A stretch of DNA of 64,000 bases from an uncultured Gemmatimonadales bacterium (GCA_963816355.1 CAWFKH010000001.1:192001-256000), one strand, 5' to 3'; shown: positions 19,408 through 30,751, numbered from the stretch's first letter. The notes: generated by a model not told the origin, from the sequence alone. Numbers and translations: made by a program.

Positions 19408-20259
19408 ATGACCATCGTTGCCTGCCTGAAAGTGTCCGACGGGGTAGTGCTGGGCGCGGATAGCGCAGGCACGCTCCTGGGCGGGAATGCGGTACAGAAC
19501 GTCTATTTCAATCAGGAGAAGATCGCGAACCTCCGCAAAGGGCTGCCTATCGGCATCGCGACCTACGGGCTCGGTGGACTCGCCGGCCGTTCTCTGACGA
19601 GTCTGGCCAAGGATCTCCGGAAGCGGTTCTCTGCCCCAGGCGATTGGCACCTGGACCCGGAGAACTACACGATGGAGGACGTCGCGAAGAGGGTCCGGGA
19701 GTTCTTCTACAAGGAGCTCTACGTTCCGGAGCACGGCCACGCGCCGTCGGGAGAGGCGCCCCCCCTCGGATTCGTCGTCGCCGGATACTCGGCGGAAGCC
19801 CGGAAGCCGGAGGTCTGGACGGTGGAAATCGACAACGATGGCGCGTGTCCTGGACCGCAGCTAGTTTACCGGGAGGACAACGCGGGGACGATGCTGTGGC
19901 GGGGGCAGCCGGAAGCGTTGAACCGCCTGTTCCTTGGCGTTGCCACTGAATCCTATCAACGGCTGTTGGCTGGCGGCTTGACCGAGCCGGACGCGCAGAA
20001 TGTGCTCCAGAGCCCGGCGCCTCTGGCGCACCCGGCGATGCCTATTCAGGACGCGATTGACTTGGTGAAGTTCGCGTGCGATACGACGTGCGGGTTCATC
20101 AGGTTCCAGACCGGCGCCCCTATCGTGGCTCCGCCAATCGACATCGCGGCAGTAACATTGCATGAGCGATTCAAGTGGGTCCAGCGGAAGCACTACTTCC
20201 CGGGGGAGTTGAATCCCCCGCCAGAGTGGGACCCGGCCCGCCAGTGGCCTAGCGAATAG
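19408..20259 (+). CDS. Proteasome beta/HslV-like Ntn-hydrolase (putative Thr peptidase), stand-alone
   Basis: M-T1-IVACLKVSDGVVLGA-D17-S...EK-I, GIATYG, GFVVAGYS, DAIDLVK, PIDIAAVT; GAGGAAG RBS. Confidence 0.75.
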   Translation: MTIVACLKVSDGVVLGADSAGTLLGGNAVQNVYFNQEKIANLRKGLPIGIATYGLGGLAGRSLTSLAKDLRKRFSAPGDWHLDPENYTMEDVAKRVREFFYKELYVPEHGHAPSGEAPPLGFVVAGYSAEARKPEVWTVEIDNDGACPGPQLVYREDNAGTMLWRGQPEALNRLFLGVATESYQRLLAGGLTEPDAQNVLQSPAPLAHPAMPIQDAIDLVKFACDTTCGFIRFQTGAPIVAPPIDIAAVTLHERFKWVQRKHYFPGELNPPPEWDPARQWPSE

Positions 20260-20269
20260 GAGTAAGGAA

Positions 20270-20452
20270 ATGTTGCAGCTTCCGACGGCGGTCCCGAACA
20301 TACCGATGCCCAAACCAAGCATCGAGGGCAGGGAAGCATCTCTGAGCCGTGGAGAGACGGCCCCTGGGCCGGTCAAGAAGAAGACCATCACGGTGCTGAG
20401 GAAGATTGCCAGGCAGGAAGAGGCCAGGAAGAAGGAAAAGGGCGAATCCTGA
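20270..20452 (+). CDS. Small basic 60-aa protein downstream of the Ntn hydrolase
   Basis: AGGAG/AAGGA RBS, starts 10 bp after the upstream stop, followed by a terminator. Confidence 0.55.
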   Translation: MLQLPTAVPNIPMPKPSIEGREASLSRGETAPGPVKKKTITVLRKIARQEEARKKEKGES

Positions 20453-20471
20453 CTCCGGCCCGGCGCCGGTG

Positions 20472-20509
20472 AAGGCCGCCCCACCCGTTACGGTGGAGCG
20501 GCCTTTTTT
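20472..20509 (+). terminator. Intrinsic terminator
   Basis: AAGGCCGC.CCACC-loop-GGTGG.GCGGCC followed by TTTTTT. Confidence 0.85.
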
Positions 20510-21002
20510 GGGGTTGCAGGCTCCGGGTCGGGGCAGCCTACCGGTTCCGTGGACGCTCCTCCGAATTCCATCGCCTTCCTGGAACCGGAGCTGCGCGGCA
20601 AAAGCCAGTTCGTCCACTTCCCCCAAGTGTCAACGCGGTTGCGAAGTCGACAGGTGCAGCGGTGTAGAAATGGACACTCCCGCCGGTGGTACGGCTAAGG
20701 CGGCATGACGGTCTCCCGACCGGGCGCGGATCAGGTGTGAAAAGAGGGTCGGGGCTTTTGGGGGCAAGATCCCCCTTGGCGCCGGGCGTCAGGAGAGGTA
20801 CGATGCGGCCGGCCCCCCGTCCGCGCCGCCCGCACCGTCCCCATGCGGCTGGCCCCGCGGACTCCGGGCGAGGCGCTGCGGGTTATAGCTTCAATGGATG
20901 GAAGCGATCGCGCGATCCGGAGCCCGCCGTCGCACCGCCCTGCCCACGTCCGCGCCGTACGGGCGCACGAACGCGCGCCCGGCAAGCGCCCTCTCCACTC
21001 CC

Positions 21003-21803
21003 TCACGCGAGCGGCCGCAGCAGGTCGTCGCGGTAGGTGCGGCTCACCTTCAGGCGGCGCCCGTCGCGCAGGATCGCGATGTAGTCGCCGCCCACCCACG
21101 GCTTCACCTCCGCGATGCGCGACACGTTCACGATGGTGGAGCGGTGGATGCGGACGAAGCGGCGCGGGTCGAGCCGCGACTGCAGGTCGGCGAGCGTCGA
21201 GCGGATCAGGTGCTGCGCCTCGCCGGTGTGGAGGCGGACGTAGTTCCCCGCGGACTGGAACCAGTCGACGTCCTCCGCGTCGACGAAGTAGATCCGCGCC
21301 GTGTCGCGCACCATGATCCGCTCCGCGAAGCCGGCGTCCGCCGATCCGCCGGCGCCGGGCCCGATCGCCTGGCGCAGAAGCGCGTCCAGCGAGCGGCGCG
21401 CCTCGCCCTGCCGCCGGCGCCGCACCTGCTCGAGCGCCCGGCCGACGCACGCCGCCAGCCTGGCGTCGTCGAACGGCTTGAGCAGATAATCGAGGGCGTG
21501 GACCTCGAACGCGCGCACAGCGTGCTCGTCGTACGCCGTGACGAAGACCACCTCCGGGACGTCGCGGCCGAGCTCGCGCAGGACCGCGAAGCCGTCCATG
21601 TCCGGCATCTGGATGTCCAGGAAGAGCAGGTCGGGCGTGAGCGCCCGCGCGAGCCGGAGCGCCTCGCGGCCGTCGCCCGCCTCGCCCACCACCTCGACCT
21701 CCGGGTGCGCGCGCAGGGCCAGCCGCAGGCCGTCGAGCGCGAGCGGCTCGTCGTCGATCAGGATCGCGGTGACCGGCTGCGCGGGGTCCGTTCTGCTTCG
21801 CAT
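21003..21803 (-). CDS. LytTR-family response regulator
   Basis: IDDE, FLDIQMP, FVTAYD, DYLLKP; LytTR domain FVRIHRS.IVN...VSR. Confidence 0.95.
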   Translation of the reverse strand: MRSRTDPAQPVTAILIDDEPLALDGLRLALRAHPEVEVVGEAGDGREALRLARALTPDLLFLDIQMPDMDGFAVLRELGRDVPEVVFVTAYDEHAVRAFEVHALDYLLKPFDDARLAACVGRALEQVRRRRQGEARRSLDALLRQAIGPGAGGSADAGFAERIMVRDTARIYFVDAEDVDWFQSAGNYVRLHTGEAQHLIRSTLADLQSRLDPRRFVRIHRSTIVNVSRIAEVKPWVGGDYIAILRDGRRLKVSRTYRDDLLRPLA

Positions 21804-21973
21804 GCCTCCATTATGAAACGGCGGCCGGCGCCCCGGCGGTGTCGAGGGGATCGGGCGTGCGTGCGCGTGACGAGCCGCCGGCGGGCGCCGCGAAGACGCG
21901 CGTCGCCGGCCACACCAGATTCGAGCGCCGCGCGCCGCGGCGCAAGCGATCCCCATGGCTACGGGGGCATCCT

Positions 21974-23257
21974 TTGAACGAGCCGGGAACGCCGGTACCC
22001 GTCCGCTTCACGTCACGCGAGCGGCTCGGCGTCGTCGCGATCTGGGCCGCGCTGGGGCTGATCGAATCGTCGAAGGCGTGGATCACCGCGCGGCCGGGCC
22101 CGCAGCCGCTGGACTGGGTCACGGCCCTCGTCGCGAACATGCCGTGGTGGCTGATGTGGGCCGTCCTCACGCCGGCCGTCGTGCTGCTGGCTCGTCGCGT
22201 GCGCCCCGAGCGCGGCCGGGCCGCCTTCGTCCTCGCCCACGTGGCCGCCGGGACCGCGCTCTCGCTCCTCCACCACCTGGTCGTGGGCACCCTCTTCTAC
22301 CTGACGCGCACCCGCGGCATGACGGTGCCGTTCGAGGGCGAGATGGTGCGCATGACGCTGGCGCTGCAGCTTCGCTTCTTCTTCGCCAGCTTCTTCATGC
22401 TCAACCTCCTCACCTACTTCGCCGTCGTCGGCGCCTACTACGGCCTCGAGTTCTACAAGCGCTACCGGAGCAGCGAGCTGCGCGCCGCCCGCCTCGAGGC
22501 GGGGATGCAGCGCGCGCGCCTCGCCGCGCTCCAGATGGAGCTCAACCCGCACTTCCTCTTCAACACCCTCAACGCCGTCGCCGGCCTCGTACGGCGCAAG
22601 GAAGACGACGGCGCCGTCCGCATGCTCGCCCGCCTCTCCGAGCTCCTGCGCGCGACGCTCGAGCAGGGCGGCGACACGGAAGTCCCGCTGCAGAAGGAGC
22701 TCGAGCTGCTCGGGACCTACCTCGAGATCGAGCGGATCCGCTTCGGCGAACGCCTGTCCGTGGCCGTGGAAGCCGACGACGCCGCGCGCGCCGCCCTCCT
22801 TCCGCCCCTCATCCTGCAGCCGCTCGTCGAAAACGCCGTGCGGCACGGCGTCGCGAAGCAGGCGGGGCCCGGCCGCATCCTCATCGCCGCCGTCCGCGAG
22901 CGCGGCCAACTCGTCCTCACTGTGACGAACACCGGACCGCCCCCGGACGGGACGCCCGCTGCCGCCACGGCCGCCGACGGCGCCGCGGACGCCGGCGGCG
23001 GCGTCGGCCTCGCCAACGCCCGCGAGCGCCTCGCCGAGCTCTACGGCGCGCGGGCGACGCTGACGCTCGAGCCGCTGCCGGGCGGCGGCGCGTGCGCGGT
23101 CATCCGATTGCCGGTCCGGGAGGACGCCGGGGAGGCGAAAGGCGAGCCGGAGGGCGGGCCGGATGACGACGGGGAGGGCGCGACGCGGCCCGCGCCCTCC
23201 CCCGGCGTCAGGGCAGTCGCTTCAGGCGCACGTCCGCCACCCGCTCCACGAACGTAG
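21974..23257 (+). CDS. LytS-like sensor histidine kinase
   Basis: N-terminal TMs, LNPHFLFNTLN, IERIRFGERL, LQPLVENAVRHG, GVGLAN; start uncertain. Confidence 0.9.
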   Translation: MNEPGTPVPVRFTSRERLGVVAIWAALGLIESSKAWITARPGPQPLDWVTALVANMPWWLMWAVLTPAVVLLARRVRPERGRAAFVLAHVAAGTALSLLHHLVVGTLFYLTRTRGMTVPFEGEMVRMTLALQLRFFFASFFMLNLLTYFAVVGAYYGLEFYKRYRSSELRAARLEAGMQRARLAALQMELNPHFLFNTLNAVAGLVRRKEDDGAVRMLARLSELLRATLEQGGDTEVPLQKELELLGTYLEIERIRFGERLSVAVEADDAARAALLPPLILQPLVENAVRHGVAKQAGPGRILIAAVRERGQLVLTVTNTGPPPDGTPAAATAADGAADAGGGVGLANARERLAELYGARATLTLEPLPGGGACAVIRLPVREDAGEAKGEPEGGPDDDGEGATRPAPSPGVRAVASGARPPPAPRT

Positions 23258-23888
23258 CCGGATTGAACGGGTCGTCCGCGGCGGCGTTGAGCTGATAGGA
23301 CTCGCTCAGTTGGTACGCGTGGCCATCCACCCCTTGCAGCGTGCCGGTCGCTCCTTCGTGGAAGCTTGCATTGGAGAACGTCGAGATCCGGCGCGCCGTC
23401 CCCTCCGCGATCCGCTCGGGACCGAGGATGAAGGCGCAGAACTGGCTCCCGTCGCCCACCAGGTTCCCGATCCCCAGGAGCGAGAGGTCCCCGGTGAAGC
23501 CCGCCTCCGCCGTCGACGTCGCGTGGTACACCGAGATCCGCACCGCGTCCGACGTCACCTGCACCAGCCGCTCGCCGATCTCCGACGGCGTCAGGACCCG
23601 CAGCACCTCGACCGTGTTGAACGCGCCCTCCGGCAGACAGAGGTTCGACGGCGCGTGCACGCTCAGGAGCTGGCGCTCGGCGTCGAACACCACCAGGAAC
23701 TCGAGGTTCGCGAAACGCATGAGCGCCGCGCCGTCGGCCCCCACGACGTCCGGGCTCGCGTCGGCCGCCGCAACGGCCGCCGCGACGGGAGCCGCCGGCG
23801 CCGCCGGGCTGGCCGTTGATCCCTCGCCGCAGGCGGCGATGCACGCCGCCGCGAGCAGCACGGGAAAGAGCGTTCGAGAGCTGGACAT
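23208..23888 (-). CDS. Hypothetical lipoprotein
   Basis: Signal with IAAC lipobox; GGAGG RBS. Confidence 0.7.
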   Translation of the reverse strand: MSSSRTLFPVLLAAACIAACGEGSTASPAAPAAPVAAAVAAADASPDVVGADGAALMRFANLEFLVVFDAERQLLSVHAPSNLCLPEGAFNTVEVLRVLTPSEIGERLVQVTSDAVRISVYHATSTAEAGFTGDLSLLGIGNLVGDGSQFCAFILGPERIAEGTARRISTFSNASFHEGATGTLQGVDGHAYQLSESYQLNAAADDPFNPATFVERVADVRLKRLP

Positions 23889-23991
23889 CAGCCTGACCTC
23901 CGCTGGGGGAATTCGACTTCCTCACGTCCTTCTCCCCCCAACGCTACCGGCTTCACCCCGCGCCCTCCCAGGCCGCCGGGGCAACGCGTGC

Positions 23992-24639
23992 TCAGCCGTG
24001 ACGGAGGGTTCCCTCGAGCCACGCGGCGACTCGACCCGCCCGGCCCTCGACCGCCGCCCGCTGCAGCACCGCCGCTCCGGCCACGTCGTCCCGCGACAGC
24101 GCCGCGACCACCTCCCCGTGCTCCCGCACCGTCGCCTCCACGTCCACCCTCTCGCGCGCCCACGCCCGCTCCACCGCCCGCGTCCGCCGCGCCGCCCGCT
24201 CGATCGCCTCCAGCAGCACCCCGTTCGGACACCCTGACAGCAGCGACCCCCGCCACGCCTCCGCCAGCTCGATCACCCGCTCCACGTCCCCGGCCGCGCG
24301 CGCCGTCGCCGCGTTCAGCCGCGCGAGCCGGACCAGCTCACCCGACCTCAGCGCGCCCGCCGCCGCCAGCGCCGCCGGCTCCAGCAGCGCCCGCACCTCG
24401 CCCAGCTCCCGCACCTCCGCCGCACCCGGCCCTCGAACGAAGAAACCCCGCCGCGGCCGCACCTCCAGCAGATCCTCCGCCGCCAGCCGCGACAGCGCCT
24501 CCCGCAGCGGCGTCCGGCTCACCTCCAGCAGCCGCGCCAGATCGACCTCGTTGATGCGCGACCCCGCCGCCATCGCGCCGCTCGTGATGCGGCCGCGCAG
24601 TCGTGCGGCGAGGTCGTGCGGCAGGTTCTCCCGGCTCAT
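23992..24639 (-). CDS. GntR/FadR-family regulator (FCD domain)
   Basis: RINEVDLARLLEVSRTPLREAL...PRRGFFV; C-terminal EH. Confidence 0.85.
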   Translation of the reverse strand: MSRENLPHDLAARLRGRITSGAMAAGSRINEVDLARLLEVSRTPLREALSRLAAEDLLEVRPRRGFFVRGPGAAEVRELGEVRALLEPAALAAAGALRSGELVRLARLNAATARAAGDVERVIELAEAWRGSLLSGCPNGVLLEAIERAARRTRAVERAWARERVDVEATVREHGEVVAALSRDDVAGAAVLQRAAVEGRAGRVAAWLEGTLRHG

Positions 24640-24649
24640 TCTCTGAATA

Positions 24650-24659
24650 CTGTATACAG
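24650..24659. promoter_or_regulatory. GntR/FadR-type operator palindrome (likely autoregulatory)
   Basis: Perfect palindrome CTGTATACAG 10 bp upstream of the GntR start. Confidence 0.65.
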
Positions 24660-24765
24660 ATGGCGGCGGCGCAAGGGCCAGCGACCACGACGAAACCACC
24701 CGCTCAACGCTCCGCCCGCCCGCTCAACGCTCCGCCCGCTCCACTTGCTCCGCGCTGCGCCCCGC

Positions 24766-25455
24766 TCAATGCACCGCCCGCTCCGCGCGCCCCAGCACCC
24801 GCTCCGCCTCGCCGGCGATCAGCCGGGCGTACATGGCGCGCTCGTTGGCGGTCGCGAACCGGCGCGCGTTGCCCGCCGCGTCGACCCACCGCAGCAGCGC
24901 CCCACGATCCAGGTAGTAGCGCTGCTCTTCGACGGCGATGCCGGCGGGCGCCGGGCCGGCGAAGATGCGTTCGGCGACGAGGAAGCTGGTGCCGTCGTCG
25001 TAGTAGAACTCACGCAGCAGAGTGCCGCGCGGCCCGCTTTCGAGCGCGTCGATGCGGAGGGTGCCGCCGCCCGGATCGCGGACGAGCAGGGAGTCGTACC
25101 CGACGACGCCGCGCACCGTCCTCGCGCGCCCGCCACCCGCGTCGATGGCGCGATCGATCTCGCGCCGGCGCGCGTCGCCGCGGGCCGCCGAGAGGTTTTC
25201 GCGGGCGGTGGTGAAGAGGGAGTCCGGCGACGCGGTCGCGTCTCCGTGGTCCGGGCCGGACGAGGCGGCGGGAAGCGCGATCGCGGGAGCGCCGACGCCC
25301 GGCGGCCCGCCGGCGGCTGCGTCGGCGCGCGCGCGGCGCCGGGCGAGGATCGCCGCCGCGACGAGGGCGAAGGCGACGAAAGCCGCCAGCGCCAGGACCG
25401 CGGTGCGGGACCTGCGGCTGGGGCGCGCCGGGCCGGCGTTCCGCGCGTCCCTCAC
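24766..25455 (-). CDS. Hypothetical membrane-anchored/exported protein
   Basis: N-terminal TM, then REFYYDDG...EQRYYLDRG beta-rich segment; follows pit. Confidence 0.6.
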   Translation of the reverse strand: MRDARNAGPARPSRRSRTAVLALAAFVAFALVAAAILARRRARADAAAGGPPGVGAPAIALPAASSGPDHGDATASPDSLFTTARENLSAARGDARRREIDRAIDAGGGRARTVRGVVGYDSLLVRDPGGGTLRIDALESGPRGTLLREFYYDDGTSFLVAERIFAGPAPAGIAVEEQRYYLDRGALLRWVDAAGNARRFATANERAMYARLIAGEAERVLGRAERAVH

Positions 25456-25471
25456 GGACGCGGTGACCGGC

Positions 25472-26740
25472 TCACGGCAGCACGAAGGTGCGCGCGACGA
25501 CGAAGAAGAGCGCGGCCAGGCCGGCGGCGGCGGGGATGGTGGCGATCCACGAGTTCACGATGTTGCGGATCACGCGGAAATTGAGGGCGCCGATCCCCTG
25601 CGCGAAGCCGACGCCGATGACGCCGCCGACGAGCGTGTGGGTGGTGGAGATCGGCAGGCCCATGCGGCTGGCGACGAGGACCGTGGTGGCGGCGCCGAAC
25701 TCGGCGCTGAAGCCGCGCGTCGGCGTGATCTCGGTGATCTCGCGGCCGATCGTCGCGATCACCTTGTGGCCGAGCGTGGCGAGGCCGAAGACGATGCCGG
25801 CGCCGCCGAGCAGGAGCACCCACGTGGGCACGGGCACCTTGCCGGAGACGGAGGCGAAGCCCTCGTGGTCGAGCGTGACGATCGCGGAGAGGGGGCCGAC
25901 GGCGTTGGCGACGTCGTTCGCGCCGTGCGCGAAGGCGACGTAGCAGGCGGTCGAGACCTGCAGGTAGGCGAAGATGCGCTCGACGTAGACGAATGGGCTT
26001 CCGGTGCGCGGGGCCGTGCGGCGGATGATCCGGCGCGCCCCTTCGCCGACGAGCACCGCGATCACGGTGGCGACGCCGATCGCGAAGAGTAGTGGCGGCG
26101 CCTGGATGACGTTGTTGAGCGCCTTGTAGATGATCGACACGACGATGATGCCGACGACGATCGCGACGAGCACCGGCCCCACCGCCTTCGTCGCCTCGAC
26201 CGGGTCGTCGCTGCGCAGGATGCGGTTGCGGATGTAGATGAAGGTGGCGTAGGCGATGGCGCCGCCGAGCACCGGCGAGACGACCCAGCTCAGGACGATC
26301 TGGACAATGGTGCCCCAATCGACGCCGCTCCACCCGACGCTCACCAGCCCGACGCCCACGACGGCGCCGACGATCGAGTGCGTGGTCGAGACCGGCAGCG
26401 CGAGGTGGGTGGCGACGTGCAGCCACACGGCGGCGGCGAGCAGCGCGCACAGCATCGCGACGGCGAGGAGCAGCGGGCCGTGGGTGCCGAAGGGGCCGGC
26501 GGGCCCGAACACGCTCGTCTCGATGATCCCCTTGCGGATCGTGTCGGTGACGTCGGAGCCGGCGAGGACGGCGCCGCCGAACTCGAAGATGCCGGCGAGG
26601 ACGACGGCGCGCGCGAGGGTCAGGGCGCCGGAGCCGACGGACGTGCCCATGGCGTTGGCGACGTCGTTCGCGCCGATGTTCCACGCCATGTAGAGGCCGC
26701 CGACGACGGCCAGGATGAGGATGAGTGTGGCGGCGCTCAT
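25472..26740 (-). CDS. pit: Inorganic phosphate transporter, PiT family
   Basis: Two GANDVANA signature motifs and PVSTTH/PISTTH. Confidence 0.95.
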   Translation of the reverse strand: MSAATLILILAVVGGLYMAWNIGANDVANAMGTSVGSGALTLARAVVLAGIFEFGGAVLAGSDVTDTIRKGIIETSVFGPAGPFGTHGPLLLAVAMLCALLAAAVWLHVATHLALPVSTTHSIVGAVVGVGLVSVGWSGVDWGTIVQIVLSWVVSPVLGGAIAYATFIYIRNRILRSDDPVEATKAVGPVLVAIVVGIIVVSIIYKALNNVIQAPPLLFAIGVATVIAVLVGEGARRIIRRTAPRTGSPFVYVERIFAYLQVSTACYVAFAHGANDVANAVGPLSAIVTLDHEGFASVSGKVPVPTWVLLLGGAGIVFGLATLGHKVIATIGREITEITPTRGFSAEFGAATTVLVASRMGLPISTTHTLVGGVIGVGFAQGIGALNFRVIRNIVNSWIATIPAAAGLAALFFVVARTFVLP

Positions 26741-27411
26741 CGCCGCGCGAGCATGAGCCGGAGCAGGTCCGCCGTGTTCTCGGCGTGGTTCGCCACGTCG
26801 CCGAGGACCAGCAGGATCCGCATCCAGAGGAAGACCGACACCGGGTCGATCTCCGACTCATGCTCGAACAGCAGCTTCGAGACGACCGCCTGCTGTTTGT
26901 CCGCCTCCCACTCCAGGTTCGAGATCTCCTTGATCTGCTCCATCGTGCGCTCGACGTCCGGCCCCGCGAAGGAAGCCTCCTGGAGCGTCGGCAGGCCGCG
27001 CGCGACGTCGTACCACAGCTCGCTCGTCGCGATCACCTTTTCGACGAACGCGCGCAGCGGCTCCTTCATCGCCTGCGGCGTGCTCGTGCGGCGCATCGTG
27101 AGCAGGACGCCGAGGTCCTCCGCGCGGTCGGCGATCGCGTCCTGCTCGCGCAGGAAGAGCAGGATGTCGCCGCGGTCCACCGGCATGAAGAGCGACTTCG
27201 GCAGGTGGTCCCGGATCTCGTTCTTGATGACGTCCGCCTTGTGCTCCAGCTTCGACGTCTGCTGGTAGACGCGGTCCGTCTCCTCCCAGTCCTCGTCCAT
27301 GAAGGCGTTCAGGAGCGGCCGCAGCAGCTGGACCGTCTCGTGGACCCGCTCCGTGTGCTGCGCCAGCGGGCCGAACGGGGATCTCGCGAAGAGCCCGAAG
27401 ATCGTCCTCAT
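26737..27411 (-). CDS. DUF47/TIGR00153 PhoU-like phosphate transport regulator
   Basis: SPF.PL..H, EHKAD.IK, QDAIAD, EWEAD; coupled to pit. Confidence 0.9.
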   Translation of the reverse strand: MRTIFGLFARSPFGPLAQHTERVHETVQLLRPLLNAFMDEDWEETDRVYQQTSKLEHKADVIKNEIRDHLPKSLFMPVDRGDILLFLREQDAIADRAEDLGVLLTMRRTSTPQAMKEPLRAFVEKVIATSELWYDVARGLPTLQEASFAGPDVERTMEQIKEISNLEWEADKQQAVVSKLLFEHESEIDPVSVFLWMRILLVLGDVANHAENTADLLRLMLARR

Positions 27412-27535
27412 GCCGTCTCCTTCCAGGGGCGTCGGTGACGCCGCCGAAGTTGCCGAATCGTTCCGCGATCCGCCAGCCGCCGCGCCGCGCCCCAAGGGCG
27501 ACGGGCGGGGCCGGTCCTGCGCGCGGCGGGGCGGC

Positions 27536-28645
<1,110 letters not shown>

Positions 28646-28647
28646 CG

Positions 28648-30629
28648 TCAGCGCTCCCCTTCCGTGATCCTGAGCTCGACCGTGCGCTCGTGGTCGAGCA
28701 CGATCTGCACCGGCACCAGCAGCCGCTCGCCGAAGCGGCGCGCGGCCAGCTCCGCAGGGCGGCCGTCGACCGTCGCGGCGGCGAGCCTCGCTCCCGCCAG
28801 CACCGGCTCCAGGACGAGGCCGAGCGGCGCCCCACCGCTCTGCTGCGCGACCCGCAGGACGTGCCGTTCTCCCGACCGCTCGTAGCGCAGCGACACACGC
28901 GCCTCGCCGACGCGCAGCGCGCGAACCTCCAGCCGCGCCCAATCCTCCGGCGGCTGCGGCCGCAGGCGCAGCCGCCCTCGCGCCGCGTCCGGCTGCGCGC
29001 CCAGCATGCCGCCCACGAGCGCGACCATCGTGAGCGCGGTCGCCGGCGCGTCGTCCGGGCTGCCATCCTTGTCGCCGCCGGCGGCCGGCGTGAGCGAAGA
29101 CGGCCACGCACCACGCTCGTGCGCCGTGTGCAGCATCAGATTGCGACGCAGCAGCCGCCACGCCGCGCTCGAGCGTCCCTCGCCGTACGCCGCCAGGCAC
29201 TCGCGCGCGGCCGCGGCGGTCGAACCCGCCGCATCGTAACCCGCGCCCGTCGCCGGCACCACGGCGCCGGCGGCCGGCTTCGCCGCGGCCGCGGCCGCCG
29301 CCGTGACCGCCGCCACACCGCACCGCGCCCGCAGCTCGGCGGCCCAGGCCCGGTCGCCGGCCGACTCGACCGCGTCCGCCAACTCGCCCAGGGCCGCGAG
29401 CCAGATCCCACCCACTCCGTCGCGGCCGCCGTGCACCACTCGAAGGCGCGGCGCAGCCGGTCCCGCTCCGCGGCGACCACGCTCACCTCTCCGCTCCACG
29501 CGACGTGGCGCGCCGCCACCAGCAGGTAGAGCGGCGTGGCGACGCCGGCGTCGTCGAGCGGCCCACCGGTGGCCGCGCACTCGCCGGGGATCGCGCCGGA
29601 CGCCTCCTGACGGGAGCCGAGGAAGCGCAGCGCGTCGCGGGCGGCGTCGAAGTCGCCGACCGCGAGCGCGCCCAGCGCGCTCCACGCCGCGCCGTGCCCC
29701 GGCACCGGCCCGGTCCGGGATCCGGCGCCGCCCCCGGCGGCCGCGCCGTATCCGCCCACCAGGCAGGGCCCCGAAACGGGCGCTTCGGCCAGGTGGGAGT
29801 CGATCCGGTACTTGGCCCACTCGACCGCGGCGTCGATCTGCGGCTCCGGCGTGGTCAGCGAGAGCCGCTCGCGCGCGAGGCGGCGAGCCGCGCCGATGCG
29901 CGCCGCGCGGTGCGGCGCAGGGTCCCGGCAGCGCTCCAGCTCGCGGCGTGCCGCGGCCGCGTGCGGGCCGGCGCCGACGACGAGGCGGACGCGGCCACCC
30001 CGCCTCGTGATGGCGACGCTCACCGCGCAGCGGAGCCCGGCCCCATCTTCGCGCACCTCGATCGCCGGAGCCGACCCTTCCGACGCGACCGCGAAGCAGG
30101 CGGCCGCTTCCTGCCCGGCCGCGTCACCGCCCTCGACCACCAGGACGCCCGCCTCCATGCGGCCGCGGAGCGGCGCGAGCGTCGGCGACGTCGGCAGCGC
30201 AATCGCTCGCAGATCGACCGCCCACTCGAGCCGCAGCGCGCCCTGCCCCCCGCCGCCGCCGGCCGCGGGCGCACCTGCGCCCTCGATCGCCCACTCGAGC
30301 GTGGCGCCGGCGAGCCGGCGCGGCACCGTCAGGGTCTCGACCGCGCGCCACGCCCCGGCACGAAGCCGCCGCTCGATCGCGGCGGGCGTGATCCGTACGT
30401 GATCCGCGAGCGCGGCCTCGCCGCCGACGTGCACGGCCAGCTCGCGCAGCACCTGCGCGGAATGCGCCCACAGCTCGAGGACGCCGGCCGCCTCGTCGCC
30501 GGCGGCGAAGGCGCGGCGGCCGGCGAGGGTGAACGGCCGGCTCGTGCGAGCTCGCGGCGCTCCGGCCGAGTCGGGCTCGACGGTGCCTTCCAGCACGAGC
30601 GAGGAGGGCAGGTCCGGAGCCCGGCTCAT
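28648..30629 (-). pseudogene. Glycogen-debranching/(alpha/alpha)6 glycoside hydrolase-like protein, degenerate, frameshift near 29425
   Basis: ORFs 29136-30629 and 28648-29820 join (RRAFEWC... to GIWLAALGELAD); WAK, GDFDAARD.L.FL..Q..SGAIP.E, ATPLY and LRLRPQ.P..W segments. Confidence 0.6.
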
Positions 30630-30751
30630 CGGTCACCGCCCCTGCCCGCGCGCCCTTTCCACGCCACGCGCCGGGGCCGTTGCCGGACGGTCGACGCTGC
30701 GGTTACTCTTGCTGGCGCGTTCCCGCCGTGGACCCACCGAAACGAGGCCTC

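Larger units (their letters stand above)
18646..20780. mobile_element. Putative horizontally acquired islet at the tRNA-Asn 3' end (boundaries approximate)
   Basis: Visibly lower GC and more A/T-ending codons than the flanks; tRNA-adjacent; no intact integrase or clear att duplication. Confidence 0.5.

Noticed and set aside
18588..19463. Short ORFs overlapping or following the tRNA
   Set aside because: They overlap the tRNA or lack an RBS and recognisable motifs
20270..20452. Calling the small protein Pup or UBact
   Set aside because: It ends in GES, not GGE/GGQ or G[EQ], and no PafA/Dop is nearby; only its size and disorder are similar
20585..20592. CCGGAGCT as an attR copy of the tRNA 3' end
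   Set aside because: An 8-bp match is expected by chance in GC-rich DNA
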